Shown: positions 51,603-61,007 of the stretch, piece after piece
How positions within the stretch are numbered: the first letter of the stretch is position 1
Layout of the letters: every line of letters starts with the position of its first letter
Origin: Devosia sp.
Lineage (GTDB): Bacteria > Pseudomonadota > Alphaproteobacteria > Rhizobiales > Devosiaceae
Length of the DNA stretch: 64,000 nt
Assembly: GCA_044224395.1 (NCBI GenBank)
Contig: JBGAKM010000014.1
Span: 3,095-67,094, forward strand
Direction of reading: 5' to 3'
The notes under the pieces: model-generated
Seen by the model: the letters and a program-made list of their open reading frames with translations, nothing else
The model's database searches: none
Told to the model about the DNA's origin: nothing
Translations under genes and position numbers: made by a program

Positions 51603-53033
51603 GTGTCCAAATCGCTGTTAAGCAAGCTGGTGTACATGGCCCTGGCCAGCACGTGCGTCGCCGCCTCGACCCAAGCGGCCTACGCCGCCAAAGAATTGGA
51701 GCCTGGGAGCCCTGCGGCCGTGTTGTGCTATACCCTAGCGGCCGATCCTGACGATCCGCAGACGGTCGCCTTCTACCCGGGCGTGAAAGACAGTGCCCTG
51801 ACTTCTGCGTCGACGGCAGCGTGCAGTATCGCCAGCCAGGCTGATCCTTCTAATCCGCAGATACGCTACCTGTTTGGGAGGGCCAGTCTCGCGCAAAAGT
51901 CCTATTCGTCTGCACTCGTCGAATTCGAAGCGGCTGCGACCGCCGGGTACGGCGCTGCAGAGCGGGCCCTCGGCAACATGTACTGGCAAGGTCGCGGCGT
52001 TACGCGCGACGAAGCTCAAGCCATCGAGCACTTTAGCCGAGCCGCCGAACTCGGTGAGCCCCAGGGGCTCGTGGCCGCGATCCGCGACAAGGTTACCAAC
52101 GGAGCCAGCCTCGACGCCGTCCTTGCGCTCTTACAGAAGGCGGCATTGTCCGGCTCGACCGAAGCCTGGAAGATGATCGGGCAGCTCTACATGGAGAATC
52201 CAGGCGATGTCGCTTCGAGCGATGTCGAGCATGCACTCATGCTGGGTTTTGCTCTGGATAGTCCCGAAGCCAGTCTCGAACTTGGGAGGTTGTACGACCG
52301 CTCCGGGGACGCGGCGGCAGCTCTGGCAATCTACACCCAGAGGGTGGCCAAGAACGATCCGGCCGCGATGTGGGAGATGTCGCTCCGTACCGAGGGCGAC
52401 GTCAGTGCGCAGTGGCTACTCGCGGCGGCCAATCGTGAGCAGCCCGATGCGATGTATGCCCTGGCGCTCGCCTACAAGGATGGCCAAAAGGGTGTTACCG
52501 CAGATCGTGCAGCTTACCTGGACTGGCTCAACCGCGCAGCACTGGCCGACAATGCCTCCGCGATGATCGATCTTGGGTTCGTGGCGCTCGACGAAAAACC
52601 CTACGACTACACAGCCGCCAAAAAGTGGTTCGAGAAGGCCATAAGCCAGCGAGCCGACAAGCGTGCGTATCTGGGGCTGGCCTACATCTACGATCGCGGC
52701 GCCGGAGTCGACGAAGACGACCGCCTCGCTACCGAGCAATACACCTCCGCCATCGAGGCAGGGGACACAGCTTACGGGTACTTTTACCGAGCACGAATAC
52801 TTGACAAGACGGATGCGCCCGACGCCGCGGCAAACGCAGCTGCGGACCTGATGTCGGCAAGCGCCGATGGCCCGGTCGCGGCAAGTGCAATGGCCGGTTT
52901 CCGGGAGTTTTCGAAGGCGACACGTGTGGCGGTGCAAGAACTGCTCACGGCGGGCGGGTTCTATTCAGGCAAGATCGATGGCGTGTTTGGTCCGAGGGCC
53001 ATTCAGGGTTTCAACGATCACCTCGCCAAATAG
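51603..53033 (+). CDS. Secreted Sel1-repeat protein with C-terminal peptidoglycan-binding domain
   Basis: Signal peptide; LGNMYWQGRGVTRDEAQA, LAYIYDRGAGVDEDD; VQELLTAGGFYSGKIDGVFGP. Confidence 0.85.
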   Translation: MSKSLLSKLVYMALASTCVAASTQAAYAAKELEPGSPAAVLCYTLAADPDDPQTVAFYPGVKDSALTSASTAACSIASQADPSNPQIRYLFGRASLAQKSYSSALVEFEAAATAGYGAAERALGNMYWQGRGVTRDEAQAIEHFSRAAELGEPQGLVAAIRDKVTNGASLDAVLALLQKAALSGSTEAWKMIGQLYMENPGDVASSDVEHALMLGFALDSPEASLELGRLYDRSGDAAAALAIYTQRVAKNDPAAMWEMSLRTEGDVSAQWLLAAANREQPDAMYALALAYKDGQKGVTADRAAYLDWLNRAALADNASAMIDLGFVALDEKPYDYTAAKKWFEKAISQRADKRAYLGLAYIYDRGAGVDEDDRLATEQYTSAIEAGDTAYGYFYRARILDKTDAPDAAANAAADLMSASADGPVAASAMAGFREFSKATRVAVQELLTAGGFYSGKIDGVFGPRAIQGFNDHLAK

Positions 53034-53341
53034 CCGGCCATCGAAGCTGCGGATCGAATGCCGAAGTGATGTGCCCGCCTGGTGCTTGCAGCCTCTAGAG
53101 GTGAGCTGAGGCCCCAGGCGGCGATTTTCGCCGTGTAACGAGCCGCTTGGGACGCGCCAGCCACATCCAGGTCTTCCGCGGAACGACTTCGGGCCATCGC
53201 TCAAATCCGCCAGCCGGCAATAATCCTTAACAAAATCCACACGTTGCTGCCGAGCAACATGTTCTGCGCAACAAGTCTAGCGCTGTTGCGGCGTGACGTT
53301 GCTCACCGTATTGTGCCCAAAGCGATTGGGGGCGATCCAGG

Positions 53342-54436
53342 GTGTATCGGCAGTACCTTACGAGTTTGGCGGCGGCCGTCGCTCTACTGACAGCTGCGCC
53401 AGCGCTTGCCGAGGATTTACTGCTCGATCCGGAACCGGCGCTCAACTGGCAGCTGTTCGAAGGCCCGTATATCGGCGCGTCAGGCGGCTACGGCAATGGC
53501 AGCCCGAATGCGACGCTCGTTGCGGCGGTGGGCTACAACTGGTTCCTGACGAACAATCTCTACGCCGGCATCGACATCACCGGCATCATCTACAATGACG
53601 GCGTCGTCGGCGAAGACTCGCATATGACCAACGCCAAGCTGGGCGTCGTTATCGACCGGGCGACGATCTACGGCATGCTCGGCGCAGGCCGCGACACCAA
53701 TGTCGCCTCAGGCTGGGGCTGGCGCGCCACGGCGGGTGCCGAGTACCTCGTGACGGACGCGATCGGCATCAATGCCGAGGTGTCGTCAACGCAGAGTTTC
53801 GGCACGCTGGGCGATGTCATCCAGGGCCAGGTCGGCGTGCGCATCCATACCGATGCCTATCGCGATCCGCTGCCCACGTTCGACTACAGCAATATCGGCG
53901 TGCTGCAGTCGATGCAGAATTTGGGCGAGATGCTGCATGCTCAGGAGGTCCGGCTAGGGCCGGCATTCTCGAACCTCGAGCTCAACGCCTTCCGCATGCC
54001 GATCGAGCCGGACCTCTTGAGCTTCAAGCAGGCGCGCCTGGATTCGGCGATGTTCGAAGTGATCATGGAGTCGCCCGATCTTTTCGCCTGGATCGGCGGT
54101 GCGCGCCCCAATTTCGGCGGCGTGATCAGCTTCAGCGGGCATGAGAGTTTCCTCCATGCGGGCCTCAACTGGCACTACCAGTTCAGCGAGAGCCCCTGGT
54201 ACGTCGAAGCGGGCCTAGGGCTTGCGGTGCACAATGGCTACATGTCGAGCGCGCCGGCCGGGTACCGCAATCTCGGCTGTCCAGTGCTGGCCGAGTGGCA
54301 ATATGGCCTGGGGTACGACGTCAACGACAAGGTGTCGCTGACGGCGACCTGGAAGCACATCTCGGGCGTGGTATTCAACTGCTCGCCCAATGACGGGATC
54401 AACACCTTCGGCCTGACGGCTGGATGGAAGTTCTAG
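53342..54436 (+). CDS. Outer-membrane protein: Omp25/RopB-like barrel fused to PagL-like (acyloxyacyl hydrolase) barrel
   Basis: Signal peptide; FEGPYIGASGGYG...AGAEYLVT; then RPNFGG, AGLNW, GLGLAVHNG, LGCPVL, HIS, CSPNDGIN; terminal Phe. Confidence 0.65.
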   Translation: MYRQYLTSLAAAVALLTAAPALAEDLLLDPEPALNWQLFEGPYIGASGGYGNGSPNATLVAAVGYNWFLTNNLYAGIDITGIIYNDGVVGEDSHMTNAKLGVVIDRATIYGMLGAGRDTNVASGWGWRATAGAEYLVTDAIGINAEVSSTQSFGTLGDVIQGQVGVRIHTDAYRDPLPTFDYSNIGVLQSMQNLGEMLHAQEVRLGPAFSNLELNAFRMPIEPDLLSFKQARLDSAMFEVIMESPDLFAWIGGARPNFGGVISFSGHESFLHAGLNWHYQFSESPWYVEAGLGLAVHNGYMSSAPAGYRNLGCPVLAEWQYGLGYDVNDKVSLTATWKHISGVVFNCSPNDGINTFGLTAGWKF

Positions 54437-54468
54437 TCTAGAACGATCCTCGTACGACCCGCGCGCGA

Positions 54469-55356
54469 TCAGTCGGGCTGACCGCCGATATTGCCGACGG
54501 CCTTGGAGCCCGCGGCGATACCGGAGCGGAGGCACTCATCAAGCGGCTTGCCCGTGAGTTCGGCGGCGAGGAAGGCGGCGGCGAAGGCATCACCGGCGCC
54601 AGTCGTATCGATCACATCGCTCATTGGGGCCGGCATCGATAGCGTGACGCCCTTGCGGCTACCGACGGCGGCACCGGCGACGCCGCGTTTGATCACGACG
54701 CGATCATAGAAGCGGCCGAGCGTCTGCATCTGGAGGTTGAGGTCGACGGAGCCGGTAAGCTCGAGGGCTTCGTCGAGATTGGCAAAGATCGTGCCGGTGC
54801 CCTGCGTCCACTTAAGGAAGCTCTCGGGACCGACCTCGCGGAGGAAGCCGACAGAGGCCGGGTCGACGGCAGTGGCAATCTTTCGCTCGCGGGCTTCGCG
54901 CATCAGAGCTGTGACGGCGGCGCGAGGACCTTCGGTAAAGAAGGAGTAGCCGGAGACGACGAGCAGCGTGACGCCGTCGAGCAGCGAGAAGGGCAGGTCT
55001 TCGGCGGCAAGATTGAGATTGGCGCCGCGATCGGTGAGGAAGCTGCGCTCACCGTCGGAGTCGACGATCGAGATGAGAACGCCCGAGGGCAGGGTGGTGT
55101 CGCCGATGAGGCGGGCGCCGACGCCACGGGTCTTAAAGTAGGCGACGCTGGTGTCGAGGTCGGCGGTCGCGACGCGGGAGACGAACGTGACGTCCATGCC
55201 GAGGCTGCCGAGCCAGACGGCGTGATTGGCGGCGGAGCCACCGGGTTTCTGGCGGATCTTGGCTCGCCGGTCCGAGCCGCGGACCATCGGGCCCTCAGGC
55301 ATCACGATGATGTCGGTAATGGTGTCGCCGACGACGACGATTCTGGTGTCAGTCAT
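54469..55356 (-). CDS. PfkB family kinase, probable pseudouridine kinase
   Basis: PGGSAAN, DTTGAGDAF; coupled to psuG. Confidence 0.85.
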   Translation of the reverse strand: MTDTRIVVVGDTITDIIVMPEGPMVRGSDRRAKIRQKPGGSAANHAVWLGSLGMDVTFVSRVATADLDTSVAYFKTRGVGARLIGDTTLPSGVLISIVDSDGERSFLTDRGANLNLAAEDLPFSLLDGVTLLVVSGYSFFTEGPRAAVTALMREARERKIATAVDPASVGFLREVGPESFLKWTQGTGTIFANLDEALELTGSVDLNLQMQTLGRFYDRVVIKRGVAGAAVGSRKGVTLSMPAPMSDVIDTTGAGDAFAAAFLAAELTGKPLDECLRSGIAAGSKAVGNIGGQPD

Positions 55357-56278
55357 CGGCGCGCCTCGCGGCGAGGGCGACGGCGATCTCGGCTGCGACG
55401 CGGGCGTTGTTTTTCACCAGCGCGATGTTGGAGACGAGGCTTTTGCCGCCGGTGAGCTCGAAGATGCGCTTGAGCAGGTAGGGCGTCGTCGCCTTGCCTG
55501 AGATGCCGGCGGCGTCGGCGCCCTCGAGGGCCTGCTCGATGGTGGACGAGATATAGGTGGGGTCCATCGCGTCGGCTGCGGGGATCGGGTTGCCGATGAG
55601 GACGCCACCCATGCCGAGCGCGAACTGCAGCTCGAGCATTTCGGCGATCCCTGCCGGGGTGTCGAAGCGCTGGTCGGCCTTGAGCCCGCTCGAGCGGGTC
55701 CAGAAGGCGGGGAAATCGTCGGTGCCGTAGCCGATTACCGGCACGCCCTTGGTCTCGAGCACTTCGAGGGTCTTAGGGATATCGAGGATGGCTTTGGCAC
55801 CGGCGCAGACGACGGCGACGGGGGTGCGGCTCAGCTCTTCGAGGTCTGCGGAGATATCGAAGCTGAGTTCAGCGCCACGGTGGACGCCGCCGATGCCTCC
55901 AGTGGCGAACAGCTGGATGCCGGCCATCTCGGCGGCCTGCATGGTGGTGGCGACTGTGGTGCCCGCAGTGATCTTGCGGGTGAGCAGCGCGGCCACGTCG
56001 CGGCGCGAGGCCTTGGCCGCCTTCATGCCGGTTTCGGCGAGCTGTTCGAGATCACGCTGTTCGAGCCCGACGCGGAACGCGCCATCCATGATGGCGATGG
56101 TTGCGGGGATGGCGCCAGCGGCACGAACGATGGCCTCCACCTCGCCTGCCATCGACAGGTTCTGCGGATACGGCATGCCGTGGGTGATGATGGTCGATTC
56201 GAGGGCGACGACGGCGCGGCCTTCATTGAGGGCGTCGGCGACCTCGGGGCTCAGCTTGAGAAAGGGAAAATCGGGCAC
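55349..56278 (-). CDS. psuG: Pseudouridine-5'-phosphate glycosidase
   Basis: VALESTIITHGMPYPQN, KASRRD, TGGIGGVHRG, DISADL, GAKAILD, GKATTPYLL. Confidence 0.96.
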   Translation of the reverse strand: MPDFPFLKLSPEVADALNEGRAVVALESTIITHGMPYPQNLSMAGEVEAIVRAAGAIPATIAIMDGAFRVGLEQRDLEQLAETGMKAAKASRRDVAALLTRKITAGTTVATTMQAAEMAGIQLFATGGIGGVHRGAELSFDISADLEELSRTPVAVVCAGAKAILDIPKTLEVLETKGVPVIGYGTDDFPAFWTRSSGLKADQRFDTPAGIAEMLELQFALGMGGVLIGNPIPAADAMDPTYISSTIEQALEGADAAGISGKATTPYLLKRIFELTGGKSLVSNIALVKNNARVAAEIAVALAARRADD

Positions 56279-56659
56279 GGATACCTGCTGCAGGGCTTAT
56301 CCGCCCGTTAGAGTGCGGCGACCCGAAAGCGTCAAGTGGCCGCGCCCGATCGTCCCTTCCAATCTCTTGTCGGGCCTGGGTTTTGGCTCTAGGGTCCGGC
56401 CAATCGAAACGCTCGCTCCGGGATTCACTCCGCTGCGCACCCTGGTGTTTGGTTCGGACCGCCCTCCGGACCCCGACGCGCTCTTGAGCGCTCAGATCGC
56501 TGCCAACCAGTTTCCCGGCGAATACGCTCGCCGCTTGGCCAGCCCGGCCCCGTATCCAGACCTCACCCAAGCCGCCACCGGATGACCTCCGTGGCGGTTC
56601 AGTCTTTTCAACGATCCCCGCAGCAAGCGGGTACGCCCCCGATGACAAGGAGACGCATC

Positions 56660-57751
56660 ATGAATAAGTCGCTCGCCCTCTCGCTCGGCGCCCTGCTGCT
56701 CAGCAGCGCGGCCGCGTTTGCGCAGGAAGAGAAGGTCCTCAACGTTTACAACTGGTCGGACTACATCGCCGAGGACACGATCCCCAAGTTCGAGGCCGAG
56801 ACCGGGATCAAGGTCAACTACGACGTGTTCGACAGCAACGAACTGGTCGAAGCCAAGCTGCTGGCGGGCAGCTCGGGCTACGACGTCGTGGTGCCCTCGG
56901 GCTTTTTCCTCGAGCGGCAAGTCGCGGCCGGCCTGTTCCTGCCGCTCGACAAGTCCAAGCTGACCAACCTCGGCAACATGGACCCCGACGTGATGGCCGC
57001 GACCGCGGCGCATGATCCGGACAATGCCCACTCGGTCGACTACATGTGGGGCACTACCGCGATCGGCTATAATGTCGGCAAGGTGAAGGAACGCCTGGGC
57101 GACCAGCCGCTCGACACCTGGGACATCGTGTTCAATCCCGAGATTGTCGGCAAGCTCGCCGATTGCGGCGTGACCCTGCTCGACGCTCCGGCCGAGATCA
57201 TGGCGACGGCGCTGAACTATCTGGGGCTCGATCCGAACTCGGAGAGCACCGACGACCTCGCCAAGGCCGAGGCGCTGCTGATGTCGATCCGTCCGTATGT
57301 GCGCTACTTCAACTCGTCGCAGTACATCGACGATCTGGGCAATGGCGAAGTGTGCCTGTCGGTCGGCTATTCCGGCGACGTGTTCATCGCGCAGGCCGCA
57401 GCGGCCGATGCCAATGCCGGCGTCGAAGTGGGCTACGTGATCCCCAAGCAGGGCGCGCTCAAGTGGTTCGACCTGTTCGCGATCCCGGCCGACGCGCCGC
57501 ATCCGGACAATGCGCATAAGTTCATCGACTTCATGCTGCGCGCGGATGTGGCCGCGGCCAACACGAACTATGTGTACTACGCCTCGGGCAACAAGGCGGC
57601 GCTTGAGTTCATCGATCCGGCTGTGAAGGACGATCCGGCGATCTACCCGACGCCGGAGGTTTCTGCCAAGCTCTTCACCCTCAAGGCGCACTCGCCGGAC
57701 TACGATGAGCTCTTGACTGAGACCTGGCAACGCATCAAGGCGGGCTCGTAA
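56660..57751 (+). CDS. potF: Putrescine ABC transporter substrate-binding protein
   Basis: VYNWSDYI, FEAETGIKV.YDVFDSNE, SGYDVVVP, YMWGTT, GYSGD. Confidence 0.93.
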   Translation: MNKSLALSLGALLLSSAAAFAQEEKVLNVYNWSDYIAEDTIPKFEAETGIKVNYDVFDSNELVEAKLLAGSSGYDVVVPSGFFLERQVAAGLFLPLDKSKLTNLGNMDPDVMAATAAHDPDNAHSVDYMWGTTAIGYNVGKVKERLGDQPLDTWDIVFNPEIVGKLADCGVTLLDAPAEIMATALNYLGLDPNSESTDDLAKAEALLMSIRPYVRYFNSSQYIDDLGNGEVCLSVGYSGDVFIAQAAAADANAGVEVGYVIPKQGALKWFDLFAIPADAPHPDNAHKFIDFMLRADVAAANTNYVYYASGNKAALEFIDPAVKDDPAIYPTPEVSAKLFTLKAHSPDYDELLTETWQRIKAGS

Positions 57752-57760
57752 AACGCATTC

Positions 57761-57784
57761 AGGACGGGGCTTCGGCCCCGTCCT
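57761..57784 (+). terminator. GC-rich stem-loop after potF (mRNA stabiliser or partial terminator)
   Basis: AGGACGGGGC-TTCG-GCCCCGTCCT, a perfect 10-bp stem with no U tract. Confidence 0.6.
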
Positions 57785-57805
57785 CTCCATCGGGGGCCCC
57801 GTTTC

Positions 57806-58966
57806 ATGGCCAAGAAGCCGCAACTCGTCGCCGATACGCGCCCCTGGCGCGATCCGAACGCCAAGCCCTTTGTGCGCATCCGCAACGTCACCAAGAAGTT
57901 CGGTGACGTCGCCGCGGTGGCCGACGTGTCGCTCGATATCTACCAAGGCGAGCTGTTCTGCCTCCTGGGTGGTTCGGGCTCGGGCAAGTCGACGCTGCTG
58001 CGCATGCTGGCCGGGTTCGAGGCGCCGACGTCGGGGACGATCGAGATCGACCGGCAGGATATGGCCAATGTGCCGCCCTATCGCCGTCCCGTTAATATGA
58101 TGTTCCAGTCCTATGCGTTATTCCCGCATATGACTGTCGAGCAGAACATCGGCTATGGCCTCAAGCGCGATCGCATGCCGCGCGAGGCCATCGCGACTCG
58201 AGTCGATGAGCTGCTCAAGCTGGTCAAGCTCGATGGTTATGGGCAGCGCAAGCCCAGCCAGCTGTCGGGCGGGCAAAGGCAGCGCGTGGCGCTGGCGCGC
58301 GCGCTGGCCAAGGAGCCCAAGCTGTTGCTGCTCGACGAGCCGCTCGGTGCGCTGGACAAGAAGCTGCGCGAAGAGACGCAGTTCGAGCTGGTGAAGATTC
58401 AGGAGACGCTGGGCGTTACGTTCATCGTGGTGACGCACGACCAGGAAGAGGCGATGAGCCTTGCGACGCGGATCGGCGTGATGAACCAGGGCGAGATCGC
58501 CATGGTGGGCGAGCCGACCGAGATCTACGAGTTCCCCAATTCGCGCTTCGTCGCCAACTTCATCGGCTCGGCCAATATGGTGGAAGGCGTGGTGACCGAG
58601 GACGAGCCGGACCATGTGCGTATCCGCTCGCAGGAACTGGGCACGGATATCTATGTGAGCCACGGCGTCGACTGCTCGCCGGAACAGCGCCTGTGGTGGG
58701 CGATCCGGCCGGAGAAGGTCGTGCTGACGCGCGACAAGCCGGCGCCGCAACCGGGTATCCCCGAGGATGCCAATATCGTCAAAGGTTATGTCGAGGACAT
58801 CGCCTATCTCGGCGACATGACCGTGTATCAGGTCAAGCTCGAGAGCGGGCGCTACTTCCGCGTGACCAAGACCAACGCGCTGCGCGGCGACCCCGAGGCG
58901 ATCTCGTGGGACGAGACGGTCTGGGCGAGCTGGGCCGGCTCATCGGGTTCGGTTCTGGTGTCATGA
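57806..58966 (+). CDS. potG: Putrescine ABC transporter ATPase
   Basis: [44 protein letters not shown]. Confidence 0.93.
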   Translation: MAKKPQLVADTRPWRDPNAKPFVRIRNVTKKFGDVAAVADVSLDIYQGELFCLLGGSGSGKSTLLRMLAGFEAPTSGTIEIDRQDMANVPPYRRPVNMMFQSYALFPHMTVEQNIGYGLKRDRMPREAIATRVDELLKLVKLDGYGQRKPSQLSGGQRQRVALARALAKEPKLLLLDEPLGALDKKLREETQFELVKIQETLGVTFIVVTHDQEEAMSLATRIGVMNQGEIAMVGEPTEIYEFPNSRFVANFIGSANMVEGVVTEDEPDHVRIRSQELGTDIYVSHGVDCSPEQRLWWAIRPEKVVLTRDKPAPQPGIPEDANIVKGYVEDIAYLGDMTVYQVKLESGRYFRVTKTNALRGDPEAISWDETVWASWAGSSGSVLVS

Positions 58967-60084
58967 CGACGTCGCCAGCCCAAACGCAGCAGCGGCCCTG
59001 GGAGTTCGTGCAGCGCGGGCTCGCCGCGATCGGCATTTCGGGCCGTGGGCTCGTGATCGCGGCGCCCGCGCTGTGGCTGACGGTGTTCTTCCTGATCCCG
59101 CTGCTGGTGGTGTTCGGCATTTCGTTGGCGGTCAAGCAATTCGGGCAACCGCCCTATTCGGACCTGCTGACCACCGACAGCGGGACGGTGCAGCTGACGC
59201 TGCATCTTTCCAACTATCTGAAGCTGATCGAGGGCTCCACCGTTGGAGCGGGGTTCTGGTTCGACCTCATCTTCAATCTCGGCGTTGCGCTGCTGGCGTT
59301 GTGGATTGCGCGGGGGATCACGCAGACGGCCGAGACGCCGGCGGTTCTTGCGGTCTATGCGGTGGCTATCGTCGCTGGAGCGTTGTTCCTGGTGACGCTC
59401 TATACGGCGCAGCTCAATGTTTACATGACGGCGTTCCTGAGCTCGATCCGTATTGCGGCGATCTCGACGGCCATCGCGGTGCTTATTGGCTATCCCATGG
59501 CCTATGTGATCGCGCGGGCGCCCGACCGCTGGCGCAACATCCTGCTGATGCTCGTCATCCTGCCGTTCTGGACGTCGTTCCTGCTGCGCGTCTATGCGCT
59601 GTCGAGCTTCCTGCGCGGCGAGGGCGTCATCAACAATTTCCTCGGGCTGTTCGGCGTGCCGCCGCTGGTGATGATGCAGACCGACTTCGCGGTCTATGTC
59701 GGCATCGTTTATTCGTATCTGCCGTTCTTCATCCTGCCGCTCTACACCAATCTCGTGAAGCTTGACGGCTCGCTGCTCGAGGCGTCCGCGGACCTTGGCG
59801 CGCGCCCGATCCGGACGTTCCTCTCCATCACGCTGCCGTTGTCGATGCCCGGCGTGGTCGCCGGTGCGATGCTGGTGTTCATTCCGGCGATCGGTGAGTT
59901 CGTGATCCCGTCGCTGCTGGGCGGACCGGGTACGCAGATGATCGGTCGCATCCTTTGGGACGAGTTCTTCGGCAAGACGAACTGGCCGCGCGCCGCCGCG
60001 CTGGCGATCACCATGCTGTTCATCGTGGTGATCCCGTTTATGCTGATGCAGCGCGCGCAGAATGCCGTGGTGGAGCGGCGCTGA
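58963..60084 (+). CDS. potH: Putrescine ABC transporter permease
   Basis: LPFWTSFLLRVYA, YSYLPF.ILPLY, EASADLGA, FIPAIGEFVIP. Confidence 0.9.
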   Translation: MTTSPAQTQQRPWEFVQRGLAAIGISGRGLVIAAPALWLTVFFLIPLLVVFGISLAVKQFGQPPYSDLLTTDSGTVQLTLHLSNYLKLIEGSTVGAGFWFDLIFNLGVALLALWIARGITQTAETPAVLAVYAVAIVAGALFLVTLYTAQLNVYMTAFLSSIRIAAISTAIAVLIGYPMAYVIARAPDRWRNILLMLVILPFWTSFLLRVYALSSFLRGEGVINNFLGLFGVPPLVMMQTDFAVYVGIVYSYLPFFILPLYTNLVKLDGSLLEASADLGARPIRTFLSITLPLSMPGVVAGAMLVFIPAIGEFVIPSLLGGPGTQMIGRILWDEFFGKTNWPRAAALAITMLFIVVIPFMLMQRAQNAVVERR

Positions 60085-60890
60085 TGCGGAAGTCGCCCCT
60101 TATCCCGATCGTCGCGACAATGGGCTTTGTGTTCCTTTACGCGCCGATCATCGCGCTCGTGATCTTTTCGTTCAATGCGAACCGGCTGGTGACGGTGTGG
60201 TCGGGCTTTTCGCTCGCGAGCTATAGCAGCCTGTGGGCCGATCCGCAGCTGTTGCCGGCGGCGGGGTTGAGCCTCCAGATCGCGGCGACGTCGGCGACGA
60301 TTGCGCTGGTGCTGGGGACGCTGTGCGCCTATGCGCTGGTGCGCTTCCGCCGGTTCCGCGGCAAGACGATCCTCCAGGCGACGGTGTCGGCGCCGCTGGT
60401 GATGCCCGACGTGATCACAGGGCTCGCCCTGCTGCTGCTGTTCGTCTCGATGCAGGCGATCATCGGCTGGCCCGCGGGTCGCGGCGTGCTCACGATCGTG
60501 ATCGCGCATTCGATCTGCTGCATGGCCTATGTGACGGTAGTGGTGCAGAGCCGGCTGGTCGATCTCGACCTCAGCCTCGAAGAGGCGGCAATGGACCTCG
60601 GGGCAACGCCGGTGCGCGTGTTCTTCGACGTGACGCTGCCGATTATTGCGCCGGCGTTGATTTCGGCCTGGCTGCTGGCGTTCACGATTTCGCTTGATGA
60701 CCTCGTGATCGCGAGTTTCGTGTCGGGGCCGGGCTCGTCGACGTTGCCGATGGTGATCTACTCGAAGGTGCGGTTGGGCGTGGCGCCTGAGGTGAATGCG
60801 CTCGCGACCATCATCATCGGCTGTGTGGCGGCGGGTGTGCTGATCGTGACGCTGCTGCAGTTGCGGCGACCGAAGGCTGCGAAGGCTTAG
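60084..60890 (+). CDS. potI: Putrescine ABC transporter permease
   Basis: FLYAP, FSFN, PLVMPDVITG, EEAAMDLGA, SLDDLVIASF. Confidence 0.92.
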   Translation: MRKSPLIPIVATMGFVFLYAPIIALVIFSFNANRLVTVWSGFSLASYSSLWADPQLLPAAGLSLQIAATSATIALVLGTLCAYALVRFRRFRGKTILQATVSAPLVMPDVITGLALLLLFVSMQAIIGWPAGRGVLTIVIAHSICCMAYVTVVVQSRLVDLDLSLEEAAMDLGATPVRVFFDVTLPIIAPALISAWLLAFTISLDDLVIASFVSGPGSSTLPMVIYSKVRLGVAPEVNALATIIIGCVAAGVLIVTLLQLRRPKAAKA

Positions 60891-60911
60891 TCTTTTCACG
60901 AGTAGTGCCCC

Positions 60912-60993
60912 GCGACTTCCCAGCGAAAGCTGGGACCCAACTCTCACCTTGCGCTTGCTGATGCATGGGTCCCTGCTTTCGCAGGGAAGTCAC
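60912..60993. repeat. REP-like palindromic element, copy 2, between convergent potI and sthA
   Basis: GACTTCCCAGCGAAAGCTGGGACCCA...TGGGTCCCTGCTTTCGCAGGGAAGTC. Confidence 0.8.
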
Positions 60994-61007
60994 CGAGAGC
61001 GTGGCGC

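Noticed and set aside
54469-56278. psuG-pfkB as a novel system
   Set aside because: Standard pseudouridine catabolism pair.
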